A stretch of DNA of 63,795 nt, counting the filler, from Folioceros fuciformis (lineage: Eukaryota): assembly GCA_049999805.1 (NCBI GenBank). It is 5 parts of 4 records of this genome, joined end to end, with 100 filler letters (N's around TTAATTAATTAA, not from the genome) between each part and the next. Parts side by side here need not be neighbours in the genome. Positions count along the whole stretch, not along the records: positions 14,490 to 31,088 come from JBNGIO010006138.1; positions 31,189 to 44,961 come from JBNGIO010006139.1; 3 more parts are not named here. One strand, written 5' to 3'. The notes beneath the pieces are model-generated. The model saw nothing but the letters and a program-made list of their open reading frames with translations. It was not told the origin of the DNA and did no database searches. Shown here piece after piece: positions 23,801 to 36,266 of this stretch. The translations under genes were made by a program, and so were the position numbers. Every line of letters starts with the position of its first letter. Within the stretch, counting starts at the first letter, position 1.

Positions 23801-24782
23801 GCTAGCTGGAAGAAGGTTCTCCTCTCTGATTTCACCGCGCAAGTCAAGTTTGGCAGGAGATGAAGCTGAACTGCTTGCTGATTTCCCATTCCTCGGCTCC
23901 GGCATACTCTGGTGATCATGCAGGCTTCCGAAGTCTGCAACAATGGCATCCCATACCGTCTCAGCGGCTGAGACAATTGATGGTTCAGGTAACAGAGCTG
24001 CAGTACCTGAGGACGCCCTGGCCTCCTCAAGGGACTGAATCCTAGAACCAGGGCACAGCTCCATGCCACCTGTGACCTTTGCCACATTGTTGCCCTCTTG
24101 AGTATCTATGCTATTAACGGCCCTGTTATGTTCCACCACACTACCTGCATCCTTTACGCCATGAAAACCATCCTTGTCACTCGGTTCCCCTGGTTGATGA
24201 TCATCTCCTAGCTCTGGTCCGGACCCCCTGACACTGGAATGTGGAGAATCCTCATGTTTGGACTTGTCTGCAACCTCAGTAGCATCATGGTTTGCGGGTG
24301 TAGCTGCAGGCACCCTCGAGTACTCGCTACGAGTAGTCTGATTGAAGAATAACCTTGTCTTCCCCGGGCTTTTCTTCGCGTACGGTATCATAACCAGAAA
24401 TTCGCCATCCCGCAGTTCAAGTGATTTCACAGTAGCTGCAACGTTTAATTTGGATCCCTGATACGAGCCAACAATGAGGAACAGAAACAAGCACTATCTG
24501 CATCATTCCTTCCACTCAAAACAGTGCCAGAAAGCTCTTCCAGTCCTGCGGGAAGGAGTCAATAGGTAAGGAATGAGGGCAAGGCTGGCTCACCCGGAGA
24601 AAGAGATGCAACAGAGGGGAAGAAGTAGGCCATTTGAACTTGCTAGCAACGAGCTCCTTGACATGAGCCACTGTCTGGGAAGGCGGGAGGGACACGCAAG
24701 TGCATTGCCCATCCACAGTTCGCACTGAGACAAGCACACGGTTGTCCTTCTCCCCAGCTGTTGGATTACCCGAGTCGCCCAT
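17852..24782 (-). CDS. HRQ1: HRQ1 RecQ4-like DEAH helicase with N-terminal ubiquitin-like domain and C-terminal DUF1998; multi-exon
   Basis: UBL-like start ([25 protein letters not shown]); Walker [50 protein letters not shown] and the [12 protein letters not shown] zinc motif. Last exon GVIKAENN...MCRS* ends at 17852. Internal exon boundaries not all resolved. Confidence 0.9.
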
Positions 24783-25063
24783 GTCACATTCAACAGGAGA
24801 TCATCTCACACACTCACATGAGCCGGAGACCGCCTGAAACTGGCGGTTGTGATTAGACCGCGTAGAGACCGCTAAGTGGATTTGGTCACAACTGGCGACC
24901 AGTGGAAACATATAAATCCCAAAGGGTCTAACACTTATCGGAGACGGAAGGGCCGAGTCCCGTGACTGGGCAGCATAACTGGCGCTCTTTTGTCTGCCGG
25001 ATTCGTTGTAGCCAAACTCGCCTGTGGTTTGCTGCAAAGGAGCTTGGGCCTTTGGTTCCCAAG

Positions 25064-28000
25064 ATGGTAAGAATACTGCGTCCTCGGACATGTATGTCCT
25101 GTATCTCCTCGGGATGCAAGACTCGTCGAATGTCGTCCTAGAAGATTAGCAGACCTTCTCTTCATCACAGCTGATCCGTGGTTCCTCTTTGATACTATGT
25201 CTGATTCTGGAATTCATCTTGCAGGCATACGTTCACAACAACCTCTTCAAGTCCCATTCAGGTGAGAGGGTTATCGTGCTGTTGTGGCATTGTCCTTGTC
25301 TGGGTCGCCCCGAAGCTTGTTTGAAATCTTGGCGCATTGGATTAGCCCTCTTAGCGTACTGCTCAGGGATGACAGATATGCTTGGGGCTGCTACCAGGGT
25401 TTGAGCACCGGCTTGACCGACAGAGAGCAATGGATGATCGGCGGAATGTGACTATCAGGTAGTTTGATCTCCTCCATGTCGCTGTCCTGGCTGTGTTCTT
25501 GACCTGCTATGGATGGTATCTTGCGAGCGGGGGGCTTGACAAGGTTTTGAAACAGGTATCTCATGGAGGACAATCGTGCACAATTGGCGAACACTTTCCT
25601 CGACAGATCCGACGCGTATAGACGGAGGCGAGAGGTACTTTGCTTGTCGCAACCATGTCCCGTATTTGGGTTGAGTTTTCTGGGACCATCATACCGTGAC
25701 TGTGCGAGTATAGGCAGATGAGCAGGCGAAAGAGGCATCGTTATTGGAGGATGTTCAAAGGAGGGAGAAGATCCGGGAGGCTTTCAAGCTGGTTACTCGC
25801 CACCTTGTCTTGCTGGGGTTGAAATATTTACAAACTCGGGTGCACCCAAGAGTTACTGACAGCATCAGTGCATCAACAGACAAGAGAAGAAGATGAATTC
25901 ATAGCCAAGCAACTGTCAGACCAGGACAAAGAGTATCAGCGAGAACAACGGGTGCTAGAGAAGTTGAGGCTGGAATCGCCTGAGCTACGGGCCTTGCAGA
26001 CCAAACTTCAGATTGCTGAGATGAACAAGTTGCGGCATCAACAAGTAGTGCTTGTCGACTGGATCTTGGAAATTTTATTATTGTTGTCGCTCCTGCCCAA
26101 CAGTGATAGATCTGCCGGGGGTGGGTCAGCTTGAGGAGAAACGGCTAATGGAGCTGGAGGAAGCTGCTCGTAACGCGGGTTTCCACAAGCTAATGGAGCT
26201 GCAAATGATCAAAGTGGACGCTCTTGAGCAGGAGCGCTTGCGGAAACGGTTTGGCAACATGGCAAGCCCTTGCAACTTTTGCCGTTGAATCCAGATGACA
26301 ATGAGTGGTGTTCTGAGAGCGTTTGGTTTTCCACTAACAGAGCATGACTATTGACTCGTAGGTAACACGGAAAGGTCAGCACAAAAATCAGATTCACGGC
26401 AGCTACTAAGGGTTCTCGGGCTTGCTCTGTTTTCATGCTGCAGATGGATGCCAAGCAAAGGATTCAGGAGCAACTGAAAGAGAGGGAGATCATAAAAGAA
26501 CAGGAGCTTCAAGAACGTCTGAAAGAAACTGAAGAATTGACCGAGGTCAACATCTCTAGCATTTCTTGCCCCCTGTTCTTCTTTATGCACAGATTAGACA
26601 GACAGGGGGGCAATGGTCAGCAANNNNNNNNNNNNNNNNNNNNNNNNNNNNNNNNNNNNNNNNNNNNNNNNNNNNNNNNNNNNNNNNNNNNNNNNNNNNN
26701 NNNNNNNNNNNNNNNNNNNNNNNAATGGTCAGCAATCGTAATGTTCTTGAGGGGGAGGAAATGTCCTGCTGAATTTCTGCAAGAAGTTGCATCCCCATGC
26801 CTCTCGTGACCTCAATTTGCGATTGTTCTTGACTGGCTTGAAACTCAGGAGCTTGCAAAACTCAGAGAGGAACAGATTGCTGAAGCTTACCGCAAACTGT
26901 AATATGATTTGTGAACGATGCTTGCGGTTGTTGTGGCATCTCACCTACTGGTGTTTCCATCTGAAAGATTGTTGGGTGTGTTTGGCAGACGAAAGACGGC
27001 GCAAGTACGGCAAACCATGGTGGAAGGCCAGAAAGTTCGTGAAGAGATGAAGAGGAAGAAGGTGAAGTGTGCTAGCTCTGAAAACCCTCTACACTTGTTG
27101 TGTCATGTCTGCATAAGGAGTGCAAGCTAGCTATTTTCGGAAAAATGAAATGTATATCCCAGAGGACTTCCTCTCCTAACCAATGTGCAATGTGAAACAG
27201 GAACTGCAAGAGAAAGAAGAGGAAGATGCCATCATGGCTTACCGAGCCAAAATTGAGGAACGCCTCAGGATGCAAGATTTCGGCAAGAAGGAAAAGCGCG
27301 ACGAAGAGCAAAGGTTATGGCCTGACATTATCCTGCTCTGGCTGGACACGCAAATTGGATCCCAGTCTTTCAAGTCATGTCAGAATTAGAGTGATGAGAA
27401 GGCCTCATTTGCATTACAGCTGTTGTATAGGATTCATAACGAGCTATCTGCCAAAAAGTTGGCGGAGACGCGAGCTAAGGAAGACATGGAGAACGCAATC
27501 AATGACTATTACTTTGAGGAATCGGAGGCCTTGTACCATAAGAAGATGGAAGAGCTCAAAATACAGGCATCCGTCTTCTCCATGAACCTGCTGCCGTAGT
27601 CCTCCTTACCTATAACGACGGAAGCAGGAATCTGAATTCCAGTCCGTTTCTGATTTTGCAGAAGGAGCGCATTCAAGCGAATCTGAGGGCGGCGTGCCAG
27701 ATGCATGAGCAATTTAAAGAGGAGAGGCGTCAGCAAGAGAGGCTTGACAAGAAGGAGTTTGCGAGGAAGATGCTGGAGTCTATGGAGAAGGTAACTTCTG
27801 TCAATTCTCTGATCCTAAGGAACCTCCTCAGTACGAGGATCGTGCTCAGTTGCTCATCCGTAACTCCGCTCACTTGCTGCCGTTACTGGTACTCAGGAGT
27901 TCAAGCTCGAGCAGCTGAGTGCTCAAAGACGGCGTATGAAAATCGAGGAATACAAGCGAGAAATTGATCAAGCGTGGCTGGAGAAGGAGGCTGCGTTCCA

Positions 28001-28323
28001 GTCTCAGGTAGCGTCTTTAAAGCACTGTCACTGTAAACGCCGTTCGTCAACTTCATGCCAAATCGTACCTGAGAACTGCGTGCACGCTTGGGCTTCTTCA
28101 GCTCGAGGAGGCCAACGAGCTCAGAAGGAAAGAGGAGGAAGAGGCGAAATGGAGAGAGGCCTTGGTGGAACGGGAGCGCAAGAAGCTCCTTGCAGAGCAT
28201 GCCGTCAAGCTTGCCGATTATCTTCCCAAGGGCACTTTGTCCAAGCCTGAAGACTTGACCATCGTCGGCATAAAACCATGCCCTGAAGATACTTCCGTGG
28301 GCAAGCCTTACCGACCGTTTTGA
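25064..28323 (+). CDS. MNS1: MNS1 (meiosis-specific nuclear structural protein 1; TPH coiled-coil axonemal protein), multi-exon, contains a 100-N gap
   Basis: LRLESPELRALQTKLQIAEMNKLR; QLSAQRRRMKIEEYKREI; C-terminal LLAEHAVKLADYLPKGTLSKPEDL. The start at 25064 (ATG|gtaag) is inferred from phase-compatible exons and is less certain than the family call. Confidence 0.8.
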
Positions 28324-28580
28324 TTCGTTTGGATAGTGATTTGTTTCGGGCGCAAATCCGCCCGGTCGCGTGTTGTCAAGGTAGATGCTCTCAGACGCTG
28401 GTCTGTTTCTGCATCATGTTTTGTCAGGGTTAGGGTGATACGTCTTAGTTCCAGGTAGTACATATTGTCAAAACAACGTCCAGCAGACTGTCCCAACTGG
28501 TCCTGGTGAATCTGAGAAGCCAACGACTTTGCAACTCTTGCTGTACGCCTGGCCAGTGGTTATCTCCGTGTGTCCCCTGC

Positions 28581-31088
28581 CTATTCCTTCAAGCTTTGTG
28601 GTTCTGCAGCATCTACAAAACATGTCAACTCCTCTTGGACACAGCCATTGATGGAGTCTAAGAGCTTTTGTGAAGGTTTCCTTTCTCTATTTGATCTAAG
28701 TAAGATAGGCAATATCTCTGGAATGCTGTGATCTTCGTCGTTTTCAATTGCGACGATACTTGGAGCTTCATCAACTTCTCCAACTGCAAGGACATTGGGA
28801 GTTTTTCTCTCTCCCCCCTCTATGTCACAAAGTTGAGAAGGTATCTCATGTATGGGAGCGGGTGGCATAGGGTTGTTACTAGGCATTGAACCCCAACATG
28901 GTAAGGACCATATGACGAGGCAATCTTTGGACCTCCCAGTCCTTTGGTAGGTTCGACAACCTCATGAAATACAACATCCTCCCACTCCTTTGGTAGGTTC
29001 GATAACCTCATGAAATACAATAGCCCAACTTAAAAAGATCTTCTTCGTGGTAAGATTATATAACCGATACCCTTTAACCTCATTTGAGTAACCAAACATA
29101 ATGCATTTTATGCCTGTCGGATCCCACTTGGTCTCATTGGCCTTCGGAACATGAGCATAAACCGTAGAACCAAATATCCTTAAATGACTAATATCAGGTT
29201 TGATCCCAAACCACACTTCTTCTAGCATCATGTCGAGTACAGCCTTTGTTGGAACTCTGTTTAACACATATGTGCCTATCATAACAGCTTCTCTCCAAAA
29301 ACGTATAGGCAAGGCACTATGATAGAGCATACACTTAGTAGCTTCAACAAGGCTTCGTATTTTGCGCTCAGCCACTCCATTTTGTTGAGGAGTGTGCGAA
29401 ATCGTGAGTTGCCGGATAACGCCGTTCGCCTTACAAGAATGCTGGAAAAGAGAAGATATATATTCGCCTCCATTGTCACGACAAAGTATCTTAAGTTGGT
29501 CGCTACATTCATTCTCGGCCAAAGCCTTCCACTCCTTAAATGTCGTAAAAAATTGAGATTTCTCCTTCAAGAGGTAAGTCCACATCTTCCGTGTGAAGTT
29601 ATTGACGAAGATGAGAATATAGCTGGCACCTCCTAGGGAAGGGTTCTTCATGGGCCCGCACACATCAGTGTGCACCAACTCCAGCACCTTTTGCACTCGG
29701 TGCGCTGCAAGCTTAGGGAACTTCGTTTGATGTAGTTTTCCTATGACACAGCCATGGCATAACTATGTCTTAGTGATCTACGTCAAATCCAGTCCAATCA
29801 CCGTATGGCTCTTCTACATCAACTTGAGTTTGTCCACTCCAATGTGTCCCAAACATTAATGCCATAAATCAACGAAACCAACGCAATCGTGTGAACTCGT
29901 TAGAAACATACAATGGGGCTTGCACACAGAAGCACATAATTTGTACAGATTCCCCACATGAACACAACGTGTAACAACAGAGGTGTGTGATGGCTCAGGC
30001 TGTACAGCTTGGATGCCGGCAGAATTAAACACGACCTCATGACTTGCATTTGCAATTTTTGCAATAGAAAGAAGATTCCGTACAAAATTAGGTATATAAT
30101 GCACATCATGAATACGTGAGGAGATTCTGCCCTGCAATTGGACTTGTAAATCACATTTTCCCTTAATGTCTTGTGACATATTGTCACCAAGTGCCATAGT
30201 CTGGCCTGTTGGGAGTTGTGCATAGCTTGTGAACCAAGGAAGCTTATAGTTGAATTGTTGGGATGCACAGGAGTCAAGATACAGGCTCTCATCCTTACGT
30301 GATGAATAGACTTGATCCCTATGATTGAAGCACACAAATGCTTGTTCCTGTGGGTTCTTGTCCCCTACTTGATTGGCTTGAGATGGTTTCTTCTTCTTCA
30401 AGTCTGCCAACTTGGTTTTACATTCCTTTGCATGATGACTTGGCTTCCTACAATAATAGCAAGATCCTTTCACCTTTTGTTTTGTGCTTGTATACTATGT
30501 CCCTTCCATGGATTTGGATTGTGAAGCCTTCTGTTGAGTTTTGCCTTTCTTCGAGAAGAGAACTATGCCATCAGTCTCTTTCTTAGAGGATGTCAACAAC
30601 TCCTCTTGCAAGAGCAAAGCAACTACTTCATCCAATGTAGGCAGTTGAGTGCTCAAGCGTGAAGATATCATTGTTCGATAAATCGTCACAAAGTGCTCAT
30701 ACGCAAGTGTTAAACTATTCAAAAGTACCAAAACAATCCTTCCTTTAGTTGGTTGCGTATCCGCTGCCTTCATCTGAGCCACTAGGGTTTTCAACTTGTT
30801 GACATGTTGTTGAATAGTGTAACCCTCGACCATCTTGAAGTTGCATAGCTGTTGCTCCAACAACAGCTCGCTCACCATGGTCTTCTTGTCATATATATTG
30901 CAAAGAGTCGTCCAAGTTTCCCTTGGAGTTGTATCCTCATCTACTTGCGAAAGTATGTTATCAGACACACTAAGTAGGATTGTTGACTATACTTTTGCAT
31001 CATTCCACTTGTCTTCCGTGGTGGGAGTTGTATCCTCATCCACTTGCGAAAGTATGTTATCAGACACACTAAGTAGGATTGTTGACTA
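28581..31088 (-). mobile_element. Degenerate Ty1/copia fragment (gag, zinc knuckle, protease, integrase), truncated before RT
   Basis: Gag UBN2-like ORF 30495-30968, CYYCRKPSHHAKEC, YLDSCASQ protease, integrase LELVHTDVCGP...PQQNGVAERK; ends at EPQSLKE*. Stops and frameshifts present; small internal duplications near 28940-29019 and 30925-31088. Confidence 0.9.
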
Positions 31089-31187
31089 NNNNNNNNNNNN
31101 NNNNNNNNNNNNNNNNNNNNNNNNNNNNNNNNTTAATTAATTAANNNNNNNNNNNNNNNNNNNNNNNNNNNNNNNNNNNNNNNNNNN
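31089..31187. other. Artificial contig-join linker
   Basis: TTAATTAATTAA at 31133-31144 within Ns. Confidence 0.95.
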
Positions 31188-34100
31188 NGGGGTCCACTCT
31201 CTCTCTCCCTCTCTCTCTAACTTATTCCACAACTTACTTTTCTGGCTTATGCCTCTTGATAGTCGTGATCTGTCACAGACCTCCCTCTTACTGGCGATTA
31301 CCCTTCTCTCACTACATGCACCCTTCCATCTACTCACGTCTACTCACTACGCCTCTCAGGGATGGGGCCGCTCAGTTCATACACACACATACTCATACCT
31401 ACGCGGCTCTTAATCAGCCAGCACGCTTTCACCCACTGCCCCGTTCTGCTCACAACCTCAAGCCAGACTTCCCACACCCCTTCGCGCACGTCCCTGCGCT
31501 TCGGGTATACTTACACCTACACACCCCTCTTCTCTTCCAGACATTCCATCACGGCACATAGTCACATCTAGTTCTCGTCACCCCCGCACTCCTTGCATTC
31601 TCTCGTCAGCCGCGACCATACCCCCACAGCATCTACACTCACCGTTCTGATTATGCGGTTCCTCCGCTCAACTTTTGTCCCACCGTGCACACCGTCGCCA
31701 CAGTCGTTTAGTCACACTCTTTCCTTTTGCGATCGTCACACCCGCGACTCGCGTCCACTCACAGCTCACACCACGTTAGTCACCCAGCACCACATTCCAA
31801 CGCACGCCCTTCGGCGCTCTTACTCACACACTCTCTCGTCCCAAACCACACCCAACTCTCCAACTTGCCCACCCAGGGCCTCACTTCACTCTGAAATTTA
31901 AGGGATGGTAGGTTGCCAGAGGCTAAGGGAAGGGGTATCCGCTTCCACTCCGAACTCGCGGATTTGACCACTGGCACCTTCACCACTGCGCGCAACCCTC
32001 AAGGGAATAGTTGGGGAGCTCGTCTCCCACTCGGCGAGGTCTCTCCTCCCGGTTCGTTCCCGGCTCTTGGTTACGGAGCATCCACCACCTTCACCCGCAC
32101 CCTCAGAACACTACGTGCGCTCGCTTGCCTGGACCTTCTATCCAGCAACGGCCATCGCTAGGCTTTCGCAAGGTCGGAATGTCGGGCTGATTTCTTGCTG
32201 ATTTTTTCGAGGCCCCAAACTGGCCTCTTGTACACGATAGTGGCGGTCTTCCCGCCATAAAGTCCGACAGGGGTCAGTCAACGCTCTTCAATGCTGAGCG
32301 GCTTAGGTCCAAGCAACAACAATCTAAAAAAAACTAGTCTAGACTGTAATTACTATTGCGTCTCTCTTGGCTGCTGGCGCATCCCTCCTGGTCGTCGCGC
32401 CCTTCCCCCTATTGGTCCTCCTCTAGCCCTCCTACCCCGCTATTGGTCAGGCAGGTCCTCCCATAGGACCTCCACTTCACTGCTCCTGGCCCTTGCTAGA
32501 GGCGGCGCAGGTGGGCCCNNNNNNNNNNNNNNNNNNNNNNNNNNNNNNNNNNNNNNNNNNNNNNNNNNNNNNNNNNNNNNNNNNNNNNNNNNNNNNNNNN
32601 NNNNNNNNNNNNNNNNNNCTGAGGATGAGGACAGGCTCCCGCTCAACCCACTACTGCGCCTCCTCCTCCGTCAGTTCCTCTAGGATTGCCTCGGAATAGC
32701 AATGAGGTAGCCCCCATACTTGCCAGCGGTAGTAGTAGATACCCCTACGGATCTTCACTTGCAGGCCATAGCCCCGCGTCCCTTCTGTGCCCATACGTAC
32801 ATACAAAAACAGCTTCAAAACTCGGGCTCCTTCCACATAGAGGCCCGACACATAAAAGGCCTTCTCCTCATAGTGCACCATAATCGGACCCTCTGTCATA
32901 AAGGAGGTGCTTACCCCTTCTTCCCTTGGGCTACCTCGGGTTGCCTGTCCCCTGCTCTCCTGGGGTACCTGCGAGTCCTCCATCTCTCCAGCTGCTGCTT
33001 CCCCCAGCTCAGTTCGCTTGGTGCGAGTCGCCCTTCTGGATCGCCTAGGCACAATCGCCTCCGCCCTCACTTCTTCGGCTACCGGGGTCGTGGTTTCAGC
33101 TACCGGCATCGTTCCTCCTCCACTGGTAGCCCCTTCGGCTACTTCGGGTGCCGCAAGACTACCGGTAGCCCTGTAGGCGACCGACACTATTGCTTGGCTA
33201 CCGGTAGCCTTGTCGGCTACCGATTCGGGGGCTCGACTACCAGTAGCCCCTTCGGCTACCGGCGTTGCCGTCCAGCTGTTGCACCCAACCTTGCCTTTCC
33301 CTTTTATTCGCTCCCTGGCCTCGTCCTGCTCCCGTTTGTACGTGTCCGCCAGCTTCTGCACTTGTTCCATCGCGGCTATCTCCTGCTCACAAGCCTTAGC
33401 CACCTCTTGCTGTATCTCCAAATTAGTCTCATGGGCTACCCTCACCTGAGCTAGGAGCGACTCCTATTGCTCCACCAGCGCCTGGATCTTTGCCTTGGCC
33501 GAGCGCGCCTCTTCTTCTACTTGTGCTTTGCTCTTGCTCAGGACCCGCTGCTCTTCTTCTAGGAGCCGTCGTGCCAGCTCAGACTCCGCCAGCTGTCTCT
33601 AGGCTCCTTTCCACTTGCCTCTGTCTCCCTACTTTGGGCCTCGGCCTCCTTCTCCGCCTGCCTGCTCAGCCAGGTGAATGCCCTGGCCACCTGGTCTAAT
33701 ACATCCGCTTGTGCCTGCAGCACGGCTAAGGTTAGTTCTGGCAGATTCACCTCCTGCAACCCTACCGAAGCCATTCCCCTCTGGGTTATCCGCCTCCCCG
33801 ACAGTGCTTGTAACTTCTCCAGCTCCTCTTTCTGCAGCCTATCCTCCTGAGGAATTTTTCTAAAAACATCTTCTCATTCTGGGAAGACTTCCTGCTCCAG
33901 AACGTGCCCTAATTCACTCCTCTCCTCAGGAGGGGCCACTTCCCTCGCTGGCATCTGCTCCTGGGGTGCTTCTAGTTCCTCTTCGTTCGGTTCCTGCTCT
34001 GCCAGCTCTTGGTCTACTGGTTCTTGAACAGCTCCCTGCTCCCCCTCAACCAGTTCCAAGACTATCCCCTGTGACGCCTGTTAGATTAGGTCATGAGCAG

Positions 34101-34458
34101 CCTTATCCAAGTTATTTAATTAGGGCTTGTTCGTTTAACACTCTAGATAGTATCTCACTAGTCACGTCTTTAGGAAATGCTTGTTCAGGTCACAACGATT
34201 CGGACGGGCACCGTGCCCCCTAGTTCTCACCACGGGAGCCTTTCTTAATTATCTTTGTTTTCATCTCTATCGAACTTCCTATGTTCACAGCGTGTTCACT
34301 GAATACGCCGAACCGCTCCCTTTTTCGACAATCTGACCACTGACCTGTCTCCTCTTGGCGGGAGCCTTTTTCCCTGACCCGGCCTTCCTCTTCTACCTGG
34401 CGGGGGTCCCCTCCTCTGAACTATCCGCACCCCCCAACTCCTAGCTGCTGGAGTCGGC

Positions 34459-34633
34459 TGATAGGATATTAATTATCGTTTAGTTAGGGCAAGTCTAGGT
34501 TAGCTAACCCTAGCGGTTGTAACGACCGGCATGTCACTTTCCCGTGACACCAGCTTGTAAGCTAATCCTATCTAAGCATGCACGGAGTACGCTTGCGCTT
34601 GTGCCTATCTATCTTAGTGCTGTGATTGTATCA
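34459..34633 (+). repeat. 5' LTR of copia
   Basis: TGATAGG...TGTATCA followed directly by an iMet-type PBS. Confidence 0.95.
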
Positions 34634-36013
34634 TGGTATCAAAGCATGGTTCTGATCCACTCGTGTGCTACCTTAGCATTTTGCGAATCGTGGATCACCT
34701 GCAGCTTTTTCCAGCTTTCTGGATTTGCTGCAGCAAGACTAACCTGCATTTTCTTTTTCTGCTTTATGCAGCAATGCTAGCTTTCTGTTTCTTATTAATT
34801 CCTGGACGAGTGTAGTAACGTGCAGCAACTCTCTTGTGCACAAGTGCCTCCAGGTTCCTTGCCTGCGAGAATGCACACAAGGAAGGCTGTTAGCACCAAC
34901 TATGCTTGGACGCAAGAAACATGAAAGACTAGCTCGAAGGAATCAATGCCAGCAAGATTTACAAGACTGGCTCGCTGCCAGGGACGAGGCCTACACACGT
35001 ACGCTTGGTCCAAATCGTTGGCAGCAAGTGTGGGTTCGCATCTGCATTTTCTTGGAGTTGATGGCGACCAACCTGCTTCAAGGGTATCCAACCCTGAACG
35101 GGTATGACTTCAGCGCCTTCAACGTTGATGACCTGCTTTGAGAGGAATAATGTTACTCCCTCCTTGGAGTTCCTTTTATGCGTATCTTCCAACACCAGCA
35201 TGCGAGCTATATGCTTTATTGCATTGTCACCTTTGTGACCTATTCTCAAGGGAGCCTGCGCACGAGCAACCGTCCTCAACATTGATAAATCAATATGCAG
35301 CACATATTCTTTATTATATACAATCTGAATTTGACTTGTTAAGCAAAGATATCGTCTATATTACCTTGCTGATCGTCGATATTGCAAGAGAGCTGTCTTG
35401 CAAGGCCACATACTGTTCAGTATTCCACTAATTCAGCAGCAACAATAGCTGGCAATGTTCCAGTAGTCCCTCAAACCTTGGCACCTACCATAGCCAAGGA
35501 AGATAAATTCGATGGTACAAATTACCATATTTGGAGGGACAGAATGGTCGAGATCTTGAAGTCTCGAAGATTGTGGGGTTACGTAGGAGGACTTGGGACC
35601 CCTCCAGTAGTAATTCCCAAACCAATAGCACCTGATGAGTTGGCCCTCTGGGAGGAGGTTGACCAGGCTGCACGCACCTTGCTGCAGCTGAGCATCAAAA
35701 GTTCTCATATAGGAGTGTTCCAAGGTGCCCGAACTGCTGAAGAATACTGGAATCAAACAAAAGATGTGTATGACTCCAAAGACCTCATGCTGCAAACATA
35801 CGTGTTGAAACAATTTACAAGCCTTAAGATGAAGGATTCTGACTTGGTAGATAATCATGTCCTAGAGTTTAGAAATTGGAGAGCGAAGATGATCTCTGCT
35901 GGATTTGATTTGGAGGAAGATCTAGTGGCTGTCATCTTGTTGACCACATTGCCCGACACCTGGACAAGTGTGGTGTTGAGTTATCGAGCTCTATATGAGC
36001 TAAACTCATGTGG

Positions 36014-36266
36014 TGTTAGTTATCCCAGTTGGGTTCATACTAGACTAGTTCTAGTTATTAGTGAACTTAGGATAGTGTAGATTATCCCATATTGAACCTG
36101 GAAGTTGTGTAGCCCTAAATGTACTACTTAAATGGAGACCTCGGACCTCCATAGTAAGACAGTGGTGATGTGTATTGTTTTCATGGTTGTGATCACCAAT
36201 ACCACCCTCTCTTCTCTCCTCTCCTCTCCTACACTTGCACGTAGACTGGAGTCGATCCTATTGACA
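36014..36266. mobile_element. Solo LTR (253 bp) inserted in the copia gag
   Basis: TGTTAG...TTGACA termini flanked by the direct repeat TGTGG (36009-36013 and 36267-36271); gag-like sequence resumes after it. Confidence 0.8.

Noticed and set aside
26612-26735. AATGGTCAGCAA repeated on both sides of a 100-N gap in MNS1
   Set aside because: Most likely overlapping contig ends around a scaffold gap, not a TSD.
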